Origin: Planctomycetales bacterium
Lineage (GTDB): Bacteria > 4484-113
Direction of reading: 5' to 3'
Assembly (NCBI GenBank): GCA_030606285.1
Contig: JAUWGS010000001.1
Coordinates: 246,572 to 310,571, forward strand
Length of the DNA stretch: 64,000 nt
The notes beneath the pieces were generated by a model. The model made no database searches. It was not told the DNA's origin and was given only the letters and a program-made list of their open reading frames with translations. The position numbers and the translations under genes are program-made. Of this stretch, positions 47,866-57,330 are shown one piece after another. Numbering within the stretch: the first letter of the stretch is position 1; each line of letters opens with the position of its first letter.

Positions 47866-48339
47866 TCAGTCCGACCTGTTCACGCTATATAAGTCGGTCA
47901 GACTCATAAACAAGCCCCGGAGATTCTCCAGGTCCTTGAGTGCACGATAAGTTTCGCAGCAACGGCACTGTTCGCATGCAGCCCGGTTTTGAAGGCTGAC
48001 CTTGCACCAGCACGGTTCACCCGCACTTCCCAGCTTTTCGCACCGCTCCCTGTCTTCAGGTGGGCAATGCTTGAACATCCAGCACGGCAGACACGCCGCT
48101 AGGAACTTGAGCGCCGCCAGGCTTAGGCGGTGATCCTTCTGTAGACTGCGCAGGTGCCGCGCATTTTCGATGTCCACATTGGAGAAAATCCGCCGGTTCG
48201 TATCGGTAAGGTGGGGAATCAGCAACCCGCTCGACTCGTATTCCCGTAGAACACTGATGGGAACGCCCGATTTCTGCGAAGCGATACCCATCGTGTACAC
48301 GGAATCGTATGGCGAGTTCTCTTTCTTCCGGTCTGCCAC
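47866..48339 (-). CDS. MerR-family transcriptional regulator with Cys-rich (two-CW-like) C-terminus
   Basis: YTMGIAS..VLREYE..GLL.P....RRIFS; PCW..C..C..PCW..C..CRCC; start re-called to GTG. Confidence 0.82.
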   Translation of the reverse strand: MADRKKENSPYDSVYTMGIASQKSGVPISVLREYESSGLLIPHLTDTNRRIFSNVDIENARHLRSLQKDHRLSLAALKFLAACLPCWMFKHCPPEDRERCEKLGSAGEPCWCKVSLQNRAACEQCRCCETYRALKDLENLRGLFMSLTDLYSVNRSD

Positions 48340-48670
48340 GGGTCCTGCAACCCTCTCGTCCCCAAAAACCCGCAAATGTAGTTTATCCCGCGAGAGAGCT
48401 GTGAAAACAATAACATATAGCTTATGATTCGTCAAGCATCACAAGCACATTTCGTCGCGTAAGCAGGACCGGAACACGGGTCTCGGATGTCCCTGGTGTG
48501 TGCTCTCTTTCAAGGTTCGCGTGTTAAGCCGTGCAGTATAGCAGTTATCTACCACAGTGTGAAGAGCGTCACTAAGTCCTTTTACTGAAATATAATAAGC
48601 GTGAGCATATACGTTCACATCTGCAAATGGTCAAAAGACAGCTTAAGCAGCCCCTTTCTCGGTCATACAG

Positions 48671-49822
48671 TCAGATCGCGCTCATCTCGCGTAGTTTATC
48701 TACAATTGGCGCCAGCTGTTCCAGTACGTACTCGATATCGTCATTTGTAGTCCGGTGGCCCAGCGAGAACCGGATTGAACCGTGTATGAGCATCGTGTCA
48801 ATGCCCATAGCTGCAAGTACATGGCTGGGATCGAGCGACCCGCTGGTGCAGGCCGACCCGCTGGAAGCGCAAATGCCGGCCAGGTCGAGTTTCAGCAGGA
48901 TACCCTCCCCTTCGATGCGGGCGAAATAGAGATTTGCGTTGTGCGGCAGCCGCTTTGTAGGATGGCCGTTCAGCCCGGTATCCGGGATGCTCGCCAGCAC
49001 CCCATCGATCAGCTTGTCGCGCAGTCCGCGAATCCTGGATACGGCAACCGGCATCTCTTCGTACGCTATCTCCAGAGCCTTTGCAAGCCCAACCATACCG
49101 GCGATGTTCTCGGTTCCCGCACGCAAGCTGCGTTCCTGCTCGCCTCCGTGGATGAGCGGATCCAGGCGCGTTCCCGAGCGCACGAAGAGCCCACCGACGC
49201 CCTTGGGTCCGTAGAACTTGTGCGCGCTGAAACTCAGCATGTCTATCGGGTCCTTGTCGAGTCCGAGGTCGTAGTAGCCCACGCTCTGCACCGCATCGGT
49301 GTGAAACGCCACTCCGTGCTTATCGCAAACAGCCGCCAGTTCGGAGATATCCAGCACCGTGCCGCATTCGTTGTTCGACGCCATTATCGTCACGAGGATG
49401 GTCTTGTCGCTTATAGCCGCTTCAAGGTCGTCGGGGCTGACCATGCCGTAATGGTCCACCGGCAGGTAAGTGGCCGTAAAGCCCTGCGTCTCCAGCCACT
49501 GCACGGAATGTAGCACGGCGTGGTGCTCGATGCTCGATGTGATTATGTGATTGCCCTTCTCCTTCAAGGCCCACGCACGCCCCTTGATGGCGAGGTTGTC
49601 GGCCTCACTCCCTCCGCCGGTGAAGATTATCTCGTTGGGTTTCACCTTGAGCAGCCCGGCCACTCTCTCTCGGCAATCGTCCATCACTGCCTTGTTCGAC
49701 CTGCCCATGTGGTGAATCGAGCTTGGATTCCCGTACCTCTCGTCGAAGTACGGCAGCATCGCTTCCAGCACTTCGCCGCGCACATATGTCGTTGCAGCGT
49801 GATCCAGATAAACAGTCCTCAT
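48671..49822 (-). CDS. iscS: cysteine desulfurase (NifS/IscS)
   Basis: YLDHAATT, IEHHAV, HTDAVQ, SAHKFYGPKG, SSGSACTS; start re-called to MRTVY. Confidence 0.94.
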   Translation of the reverse strand: MRTVYLDHAATTYVRGEVLEAMLPYFDERYGNPSSIHHMGRSNKAVMDDCRERVAGLLKVKPNEIIFTGGGSEADNLAIKGRAWALKEKGNHIITSSIEHHAVLHSVQWLETQGFTATYLPVDHYGMVSPDDLEAAISDKTILVTIMASNNECGTVLDISELAAVCDKHGVAFHTDAVQSVGYYDLGLDKDPIDMLSFSAHKFYGPKGVGGLFVRSGTRLDPLIHGGEQERSLRAGTENIAGMVGLAKALEIAYEEMPVAVSRIRGLRDKLIDGVLASIPDTGLNGHPTKRLPHNANLYFARIEGEGILLKLDLAGICASSGSACTSGSLDPSHVLAAMGIDTMLIHGSIRFSLGHRTTNDDIEYVLEQLAPIVDKLREMSAI

Positions 49823-50151
49823 ATCAGACTCCTGAGGTCTTCTTCCAGGCGGTTCACGAGCGCGGTTTTGCTCATCAGCCCGACGACGCGGTCCGCGAAC
49901 TTCCCGTTCTTGAATAATACCGAGGTAGGTACCGAGAGTATTCCGCAATGGTCAGCAGCTTGAAGAGATTCTTCCGCGTCAACAATGGCGAACGAGATGA
50001 CGCCCTTATAACTCTCAGCTAAATCTACGATAGTCGCGAGCTGTTCGCTGGCGGGTTTGCTAGTCTTGGTGATAAAAGTGACGACCACCGGCGTCGTCGC
50101 CTCCGCGATGAAGGAAAAGAAGTTCGCATCCTTCAGTGTCGGAATATCCAT
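49819..50151 (-). CDS. thioredoxin-fold protein lacking CxxC
   Basis: PVVVTF, AIVDAEE, GILSVPT..FKNGK..RVVG; WCGPC position reads TSKPA. Confidence 0.8.
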   Translation of the reverse strand: MDIPTLKDANFFSFIAEATTPVVVTFITKTSKPASEQLATIVDLAESYKGVISFAIVDAEESLQAADHCGILSVPTSVLFKNGKFADRVVGLMSKTALVNRLEEDLRSLI

Positions 50152-50241
50152 AATTCCATATTATAGCCCAAGCGTGCGCGTCTATCGCGGCCTATTATGA
50201 AGAGGAGTGTTCATTCTAGTTCGCTAGCGGAACGCGGACGC

Positions 50242-50399
50242 GAGGAACCCCGCCTGTGCCGTAGTCACGGGTACGAACCTTGAGCCTGCGCAGCAGGTGG
50301 GTGCCTAGCCGGTACCCCACGGGGCAACGGACATCAGCTCCCGGTCTCAAGATGTTGGCTCGGTTCCAGATCCCGCGCCTCGAACACCGCAGGGCCCTC
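50242..50399 (-). ncRNA. ssrS: 6S RNA
   Basis: Minus strand CCCTGCGGTGTTCG...CATCTTGAGACCGGGAGC...GGCACCCACCTG...GGCTCAA...ACGGCAC.GGCGGGG; 5' and 3' ends complementary; strong promoter upstream. Confidence 0.85.
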
Positions 50400-50405
50400 A
50401 CATTC

Positions 50406-50434
50406 AGTCTACGGCAGCACAAAGTCTGTGTCAA
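50406..50434 (-). promoter_or_regulatory. sigma70-type promoter of 6S RNA
   Basis: TTGACA-17 nt-TAGACT on the minus strand. Confidence 0.8.
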
Positions 50435-50519
50435 GGAGAACCCGCCATGAATCCTTGCGCTCCCGGCGCGGAGCGTGACGCTTCTTCGCCACTAGCTGCC
50501 GAGATACGAGCGTCCAGCT

Positions 50520-51776
50520 CTACACCGAGAAATTCACCACATATGCCGGCTTGGGCACTGTGTACAGGCGCACCTCGAACTCGCTATTGCCGCGCAAGAT
50601 GTTCAGGACGTATTCCTCGCCGATTTCGCCGAGCAGAACGTCCACGCGGAAGTCCTCGGGCGTCGGTGACAGCTGTGCGTTGACGCTCAGTATCTGGTCA
50701 CCATCTTGCAAACCGGCCAGCGCTGCGGGCGATTCCTTCTCGACAGCCAGCGCCCACAGGCCTTCAGGCCGCGTCAGCTCGCGAAATTCGATGAAACTCT
50801 CAACGTCGGTGATGTTCGGCGGGAAGATGCAGTGAATTCCCAGCCACGGAATGTCGTGCCGCTTGTGCTCCAGCACCTCCACCACGAAGTTCTTGGCGAA
50901 GTTGATGGGCACGGCCCAGTTGGTCTGCTGCGCAACGGGAAGCGACCTTCCCCATGTATTGATGGCGATGACCTCGCCGTGGCGGTTGAAGAGCGGGCCG
51001 CCGGAATTGCCCTGGTTGATCGGCACCTGGATGCGGAATACGTACGGCAGGTTCATCGAATAGCTCAGCCCGAACTGCCCTCCCCCGCGATAACGGTTGT
51101 AGAAGTGCTGCATCACTTCAAACGTTAGATCGGTGTCGCGGCCGGAAACCACGCGCATCGTCGCCGTCTGGCGCAGCCCCCAGTATTCCAGCGGATCGCT
51201 GCGGTCAATGTTGAAGCCCTCCATCGCGCCGGGGCTGCCCATCGCCAGCGCCACTTCGCCTGCCCGCACTCTGTCGGAATCTCCCAGCGGCACCGGAAAC
51301 AGACTGTCCGGATCGGGCTCATCGAGTTTAAGCAACGCGGTATCATAATAAGGCGCAACAGCGACCAGGGTTGCCCGCGCGCTGCTCCCGTCCGAAAAGA
51401 TGATCTGCACCACCGAAGACTTTCCTGCGACATGAGCGTTGGTGATTATGTGGCCTTCCTTGTCGATGACGAAACCGGAACCGAGGATTGAGACCTCAGC
51501 CGCAGCAACGGACACGATCTCTATCGGCTGCACAACGACCACGCCGCGCTTGACCTTCTCTATAAGCTCGGGTACGTTGATGGGGATCTCGCGCAGAATC
51601 TGTTGAGCTTCGTTTTCGCTGACGGTCTGCCATTCGTCACCTGCAACAAGGCCTTCGTTTTCCGATGACTGCAATGCGGGGGCTTGCGCGAAACCCGATT
51701 GCGTAAGGGCTGCTGAGGAACCGACTGCCGCCACAAGCAGCACCGTTGCCAGAACAGCCGTTAATCTGACGACCAT
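50520..51776 (-). CDS. HtrA-like trypsin serine protease with PDZ domain (copy 1)
   Basis: Signal peptide, GSGFVI, TNAHV, YYDTALL, GNSGGP, PWLGI, SPAALAGL. Confidence 0.9.
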   Translation of the reverse strand: MVVRLTAVLATVLLVAAVGSSAALTQSGFAQAPALQSSENEGLVAGDEWQTVSENEAQQILREIPINVPELIEKVKRGVVVVQPIEIVSVAAAEVSILGSGFVIDKEGHIITNAHVAGKSSVVQIIFSDGSSARATLVAVAPYYDTALLKLDEPDPDSLFPVPLGDSDRVRAGEVALAMGSPGAMEGFNIDRSDPLEYWGLRQTATMRVVSGRDTDLTFEVMQHFYNRYRGGGQFGLSYSMNLPYVFRIQVPINQGNSGGPLFNRHGEVIAINTWGRSLPVAQQTNWAVPINFAKNFVVEVLEHKRHDIPWLGIHCIFPPNITDVESFIEFRELTRPEGLWALAVEKESPAALAGLQDGDQILSVNAQLSPTPEDFRVDVLLGEIGEEYVLNILRGNSEFEVRLYTVPKPAYVVNFSV

Positions 51777-51879
51777 AATTCGCCTCCTGATACGTGTTGG
51801 TTTTGACTGAGCGAACGTGCTCCCACAAATCAGTTAGACTGAAGTTCGTCAGAATCGTTCCGCTGCTATGGTGTGCGGG

Positions 51880-53076
51880 CTACACGGAAAAGTCCGTCAC
51901 GTACGTCGGCTTGGGCACGGTGTACAGGTGAACCATAAACTCCTGCTTGCCCCTCCGGATGCCCATAACGTACTCCTGACCAATATCTCCTTCAAGTACT
52001 TCCAGACGGAAGTCCTCCGGTCGCGGCGGCGGCATCTCATTGACCATCAGGATCTGGTCGCCCTTTTGCAGACCGGCCTGCTCGGCAGGCGATTCCGCTG
52101 CCACTTCAAATACCCACAACCCGTCGGGCCGCTGTGTCTCCACGAACTCAACGTAGGCTTCCGGGTTATTCACGTTCACCGGGAAGATGCAGTGTATGCC
52201 CAGCCAGGGAATGTCATGCCGCCCGTGCTCCAGCACCTCGACGACAAAGTTCTTGGCGCAATTTATCGGCACCCCAAAGTTAGTTTGCTGTGAGACTGGA
52301 TGGGCCCCGCCCCCCCAGGTGTTGAGGGCGATAACCTCCCCCTGGCGGTTGAACAGCGGGCCGCCGGAGTTGCCTCCGTTTATGGGAACCTGTGTTCTGA
52401 ATATATAGGGTAAATAAAGGCCGTACTTCAGGCTCATCCCTCTACCCCTGTAATTCCAGTAAACCGGCCAGCTTAGATCGGTGTCGCGCCCCGAAACTAC
52501 GCGCATAGTCGCCGTGGCCCGCAACCCAAAGTACTCATACGGATCGCTGCGGTCAATGTTGAAGCCCTCGCCCGAGCCGGGGCTGCCCATCGCCAGTGCC
52601 AGGTCTCCCGGCTTTACTAGGTCAGAATCACCGAGCGTTACCGGGAACAGCTTCTCCGCGTCCGGATTATCCAGCTTCAACAGCGCAACCTCGTAGTACG
52701 GCGCTGTGGCGACCAGCGATGCCCGCATGTGCGTTCCATCCCACAAGATTACGTCCGCGACCGAAGCCTGACCCGCAACGTGGTGATTCGTGATGATGTG
52801 GCCCTGCTTATCAATGATGAAGCCCGAACCGATAATCCCTGCCTCAACAGCAGCAATGGAGGCAACTGGTAGCGGTTGAACGATGACTACACCGCGCTTG
52901 ACCTTCTCGATCAGCTCAGGCACATTCATGGGAGTCTCACGCAGAATCTTCTGCGCTTCCTGAGAACTGATGCTCTCTTCCGATGATTCATCCTGCGCCG
53001 CTACCTGTCCCAGGCTTAGCGCCAGGCCGAAGATCACCGACACAGCCATCAGCGCAATAGTATTCAACTTCATCAT
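51880..53076 (-). CDS. HtrA-like trypsin serine protease with PDZ domain (copy 2)
   Basis: TNHHV, YYEVALL, GNSGGP, PDZ. Confidence 0.9.
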   Translation of the reverse strand: MMKLNTIALMAVSVIFGLALSLGQVAAQDESSEESISSQEAQKILRETPMNVPELIEKVKRGVVIVQPLPVASIAAVEAGIIGSGFIIDKQGHIITNHHVAGQASVADVILWDGTHMRASLVATAPYYEVALLKLDNPDAEKLFPVTLGDSDLVKPGDLALAMGSPGSGEGFNIDRSDPYEYFGLRATATMRVVSGRDTDLSWPVYWNYRGRGMSLKYGLYLPYIFRTQVPINGGNSGGPLFNRQGEVIALNTWGGGAHPVSQQTNFGVPINCAKNFVVEVLEHGRHDIPWLGIHCIFPVNVNNPEAYVEFVETQRPDGLWVFEVAAESPAEQAGLQKGDQILMVNEMPPPRPEDFRLEVLEGDIGQEYVMGIRRGKQEFMVHLYTVPKPTYVTDFSV

Positions 53077-53234
53077 GTCCTCCTCTTGAGGTTCAGTTTC
53101 AAAGCTCTGTCAATGAGCGTTAACGAAAACACTGGACTCCCCGCCCTGCGAGAATCCGTCCGGACATAGGCGTGCTCGTCGCTGTGTTTCCCGCTAGATT
53201 CTACCTTTAACTGCGACCTGTTACAATCTCACTG

Positions 53235-53303
53235 ATGGCAAAGGGCGTATTGGCGATTCTTATCAGCTCTCTAGCGGCTGCTGCGCTCCATCTAGTCAGT
53301 TAG
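53235..53303 (+). pseudogene. 22-codon remnant of the 5' end of gene 54652
   Basis: MAKGVLAILISSLAAAALHLVS* versus MAKGVLAILVCSLAAAAF. Confidence 0.8.
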
Positions 53304-53345
53304 ACTGAAGTTCGTCAGAATCTTTCCGCCGCTCCAGCGAGTCCG

Positions 53346-54539
53346 TCACACGGAGAAGTCCGGCACGTAAGTCGGCTTGGGCACGGTGTACACGTGAACA
53401 GTAAATTCCCGCCTGCCGCGCCGGATGCTAAGAGCGAACTCCTCTCCAATATCAGCGCTCAACACCATCACGCGGAAATCCTCCGGTCTGGGTGGCACTC
53501 CCTCATTGACCATCAGTATCTGGTCGCCCTTCCGCAACCCGGCCATCTCCGCCGGGGATTCCGGCGCAACGTCAAATACCCACAGGCCTTCCGGCCGCTG
53601 CGTCTCCACGAACTCAACGTAGGCTTCCGCGTTATTGACGTTCGGCGGGAAGATACAATGCAGGCCCAGCCAGGGGATATCATGCCGCCCGTGCTCCAGC
53701 ACCTGGACCACGAAGTCCTTGGCGCAGTTTATGGGTACGCCCAAGTTGGATTGCTGGGCAGCTGGACTGAAACCCGCCCAGGTGTTAATCGCGATGACCT
53801 CGCCCTGCCGGTTGAAGAGCGGGCCGCCGGAGTTGCCAGCGTTTAGGGGAACCTGCGTGCGGAACACGTACGGTAAGTAGAGCGCGTACTTAAGGCTCAT
53901 GCGCCTGCCGTAGGTGTTCCATCTGACCTCGAATTTGAGATCGGTGTGGCGCCCCGTGATTACCCGCATCGTCGCGGTGGACCGCAAGCCCCAATATTCC
54001 ATCGGGTCACTGCGGTCAATGTTCTCACCCTCAGCGGAGCCAGGGCTGCCCATGGCCAGCGCTAGGTCGCCCGGCTTCACGGTGTCTGAATCGCCGAGCG
54101 TGACCGGGAATAGCTTCGCCGGGTCCGGATCGTCCAGTTTCAACAGCGCGACTTCATAGTACGGTGCTGTAGCAACCAGCGACGCTCGCTCGTGCGTACC
54201 ATCCCAGAAAATGATATCCGCGACCGAAGCCTCGCCGCCAACGTGATGATTGGTGATGATGTGCCCCTGCTTGTCAATGACGAAGCCTGATCCGATAGAC
54301 TGAAGCTCAGCCGCTGCAATCGATGACACGTCTATCGGCTGGATTACGACCACACCGCGCTTTACCTTCTCGATCAGCTCTGGCACGTTGACAGGAGTCT
54401 CGCGCAGGATTATCTGCGCTTCTTGAGGACTGATGCTCTCTTCCGATGATTCATCCTGCGCCGCTACCGGCCACAGGCTGAACGCCAGCCCGAGGATTAC
54501 CGACACAGCCATCAGCGCAATTGCATTCAGCTTCATCAT
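53346..54539 (-). CDS. HtrA-like trypsin serine protease with PDZ domain (copy 3)
   Basis: Start re-called to MMKLN; TNHHV, YYEVALL, GNSGGP, PDZ. Confidence 0.9.
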   Translation of the reverse strand: MMKLNAIALMAVSVILGLAFSLWPVAAQDESSEESISPQEAQIILRETPVNVPELIEKVKRGVVVIQPIDVSSIAAAELQSIGSGFVIDKQGHIITNHHVGGEASVADIIFWDGTHERASLVATAPYYEVALLKLDDPDPAKLFPVTLGDSDTVKPGDLALAMGSPGSAEGENIDRSDPMEYWGLRSTATMRVITGRHTDLKFEVRWNTYGRRMSLKYALYLPYVFRTQVPLNAGNSGGPLFNRQGEVIAINTWAGFSPAAQQSNLGVPINCAKDFVVQVLEHGRHDIPWLGLHCIFPPNVNNAEAYVEFVETQRPEGLWVFDVAPESPAEMAGLRKGDQILMVNEGVPPRPEDFRVMVLSADIGEEFALSIRRGRREFTVHVYTVPKPTYVPDFSV

Positions 54540-54651
54540 GTCCTCCTTAATGAGGTTCGGTTTCAGAGTTCCTACAATGAGCGTCACTGGAGAAACTCCA
54601 GTTTGCCCCGCTAGATTCTACCTTTAACTGCGACCTGTTACAATCTCACTG

Positions 54652-55554
54652 ATGGCAAAGGGCGTATTGGCGATTCTCGTCTGCTCTCTTGCGGCTGCTG
54701 CGTTTTTGCTGTGGACGCTCTCAGCACCCGTATCAGCCGCCGGGAAGTTCGTCGTCCTCAAGAAGGTGCAGCTCGAAGGGCCGATTGTGCGTGCGCGCTT
54801 GACGGGCAGCGAGCTCGTCTGCGCCACCCAGGGAGAGACGGGCCGGTTCGCGTTCTTCAACGTCTCAAGCGGCAGCGTCCTCTACCACTTAAGCGAATCC
54901 GGCTCCGCCCGGCGCTTTCACCCCACGCTGGTATCACCACTGCACGGAAGCGCCCTCGTGCTGGATGAAGCACGCGAGCGCATTGAGTGCTTCGGCTCCG
55001 ACGGGAACGCAACCGCGCGATGCACGCTCACCGCAGCCGTGCTCGCCGTTCCCTTCGGCTCGCCGGTGGATATGCTGGCTGCTGGAAGGAGCTTCAGCGA
55101 AGGCTTCTTCATCCTCACCGAACGCGGACGCTTCCTCACAGTTGATGGCGAGGGCGAACTTGTCTCCGAGATGAACTTGCGCGAGCTATGCGGCAGGCCG
55201 GAGGCCTTTTTCGCTCTATTGGGTCGCACCCCGGACAGCGACGAATTCTTCGCCTTCTCGCCCAACACTGGTTGCGTACTCGTATTCACGCCCGAAGGTA
55301 AGCTACGGCGCACAATCAAGCTCAGCGACATCCTCGCCGGCGACGCTCCGTTTTCCGATGTCATCATGCTCGCTGACGGCTCGCTGATTGTATCGCGCGG
55401 CAAGCGGCTGACACATGTGTCCGGCGAAAGCATCGCGGACATCCCTGTTGCGCCGCAGTTTACAGAAGACGCTCCGTTGTTCCTCGACACTCAGGGCAAC
55501 CGCCTGCTCGTATACAATCATCTCGGCCAGATGCTGATTGGAGAAATGCAGTGA
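54652..55554 (+). CDS. exported hypothetical protein, beta-propeller-like
   Basis: Signal peptide and repeated short beta motifs (VLD..RIECF..DG; VLVF.PEGK). Confidence 0.6.
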   Translation: MAKGVLAILVCSLAAAAFLLWTLSAPVSAAGKFVVLKKVQLEGPIVRARLTGSELVCATQGETGRFAFFNVSSGSVLYHLSESGSARRFHPTLVSPLHGSALVLDEARERIECFGSDGNATARCTLTAAVLAVPFGSPVDMLAAGRSFSEGFFILTERGRFLTVDGEGELVSEMNLRELCGRPEAFFALLGRTPDSDEFFAFSPNTGCVLVFTPEGKLRRTIKLSDILAGDAPFSDVIMLADGSLIVSRGKRLTHVSGESIADIPVAPQFTEDAPLFLDTQGNRLLVYNHLGQMLIGEMQ

Positions 55555-57326
55555 GGAACCTCATCATGTCGTTCGCCATGGCGCTGCTCCTTAGCGCCTG
55601 CAGTGGCGGTGGCGGGCTGGAGCCGACTCCGGGGCCCGGGCCTGCAGGCGTTAGCCTGAACGGGCAGGTCGTGGACGAAACCGGCACGCCCGTATCCGGC
55701 GCAGCAGTGCAGCTTTCAATGCTTTCGGCAACCACCGGCACCGACGGTGCGTTCAGCTTTAGCCTGCAGAGCGCCGGCTACTACAGCCTCAGCGTTCAGA
55801 GCCCGGCGGGTGTATTCCACGCCGAAACCGTCACCGTCCCCGATGCGGGCGCCGACGTGCAGATTACCCTCGATCCCATGCCATCGCGTTTCGCTCTGGT
55901 CGGCGTGCAGCCTCCGCTTAACTCGGCGGATGCCCCGCTCCGCGAGCCCATCGTTCTAGCGTTCTCACGCTCCATTGACGAGTCAACGCTTTCATCCGCC
56001 ACCTTTGCGCTGTCACCCGCGATTGGCGAACTGACGGTATCGGTTAACGGCTCCGAAGTGCAGCTTCAGCCGCTGTTTGAGCTTCAGACTTCGCAGCGCT
56101 ATCGCCTGGAAGTCTCCAATGTGCGCTCGATTGATGGCGCGCAGCTTGCCTCCGATGCTTTCAGCTTCTTCACCACCCAGCTACACGACGACCAGCCACC
56201 CGTGCTGGTGCGGACGACGCCCGTTGACGGCGCATTAAACGTCCCCCGCAACCAATCCTTCGAGTTTATGTTCTCCGACGAAGTCCAGGCACCGTCCGGC
56301 GGACTACAGGCTGCATTCACGCCTTCCGCTTCAATTGCGCAAATAGCCGCTGCGGAGAATACCGTGAAAGTGGCTCCCGACGGGATGCTCAGTGCCAGCA
56401 CCGAATACACGCTCACGCTTGAGCCGGTGAGCGACGCTGCGGGCAACCTTTCGGAATCCGTGTCGCTCGGCTTCACGACCGGAACGGCGGTAATGGCGTT
56501 CGACGACATCGAGCCCCACTGGAACTCGTTCGCCAACGCCATAGTGTTCGCCCGCGCAGCCGGTGGCGTATACGACCTTTACCTTATCTCGCCGGAGGGT
56601 ACCGGTCTGGAACGCCTTACCGACACCTACGCGAGCGAACGGCATCCCCGCTTCTCCTCCGACGGCCAGCTTATCGTCTACCAATCCAACGAGGACGGTA
56701 ACTGGGACATCTTCGCGCGCAGCGTAGAATCCGGCCTGAGCTCCCAGCTCACGTTCCTGCCGGAAGACGAAGTCTCGCCGGTCTTCAGCGGCACCTTCTC
56801 GCAGTTGATCGCATACGTGCGTTACGACAGCGAGCCGCACGATTCCCGCATCTTCCTGATGAACGCCGACGGCAGTTTTAGCCGCCCCGCGGACGAGAGC
56901 GCCACGCGCGACGAATACGAGCCGGTCTTCCACCCCCTGCTGGACAACCAGCTTCTATTCATAACCTACGAAGGCGGTGACCGCGACGTGTTCAGCAAGT
57001 CCGCATTCCTCGAAAGCGACAGTCCGGTGAACGCCAATCTCACGTCCAATCTCGCGGGTAACGAGTTTCAAGCGGTATGGGCGCCCGACGCGCAGGCGAT
57101 TGCGTTCATCAGCGACCAGGGCGGCGTGCGCAACGTCTGGATAATGGATCCCAGCGGCAGCGCCCACTATCAGATAACTCACTTCACCGATCCCGTCCAC
57201 TCAATCGCCTACAGCCCCATCTCTGGCGAGGAGCGCGTCGTCGTCTCGGTTGGGCCCGGCAATTCCCGCAGCCTCTACATCGTCAGCCTCATCAGCGGTG
57301 ACATCGAGCGCCGCCTTACGGAGTAG
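55551..57326 (+). CDS. lipoprotein with Ig-like (Big_5) domains and TolB-like/PD40 propeller
   Basis: Lipobox LSAC; PxNS..P..PIVL.FS; PVDGA.NVP; PRFSSDG, WAPDA..IAFISD. Confidence 0.82.
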   Translation: MRNLIMSFAMALLLSACSGGGGLEPTPGPGPAGVSLNGQVVDETGTPVSGAAVQLSMLSATTGTDGAFSFSLQSAGYYSLSVQSPAGVFHAETVTVPDAGADVQITLDPMPSRFALVGVQPPLNSADAPLREPIVLAFSRSIDESTLSSATFALSPAIGELTVSVNGSEVQLQPLFELQTSQRYRLEVSNVRSIDGAQLASDAFSFFTTQLHDDQPPVLVRTTPVDGALNVPRNQSFEFMFSDEVQAPSGGLQAAFTPSASIAQIAAAENTVKVAPDGMLSASTEYTLTLEPVSDAAGNLSESVSLGFTTGTAVMAFDDIEPHWNSFANAIVFARAAGGVYDLYLISPEGTGLERLTDTYASERHPRFSSDGQLIVYQSNEDGNWDIFARSVESGLSSQLTFLPEDEVSPVFSGTFSQLIAYVRYDSEPHDSRIFLMNADGSFSRPADESATRDEYEPVFHPLLDNQLLFITYEGGDRDVFSKSAFLESDSPVNANLTSNLAGNEFQAVWAPDAQAIAFISDQGGVRNVWIMDPSGSAHYQITHFTDPVHSIAYSPISGEERVVVSVGPGNSRSLYIVSLISGDIERRLTE

Positions 57327-57330
57327 CCAA

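Larger units (their letters stand above)
51830..54702. repeat. tandem duplication, ~1.45-kb units (~51830-53295 and ~53296-54702)
   Basis: TCAGTTAGACTGAAGTTCGTCAGAATC at 51830 and 53296; CCGCTAGATTCTACC...GGCGATTCT at ~53190 and ~54608. Confidence 0.85.
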
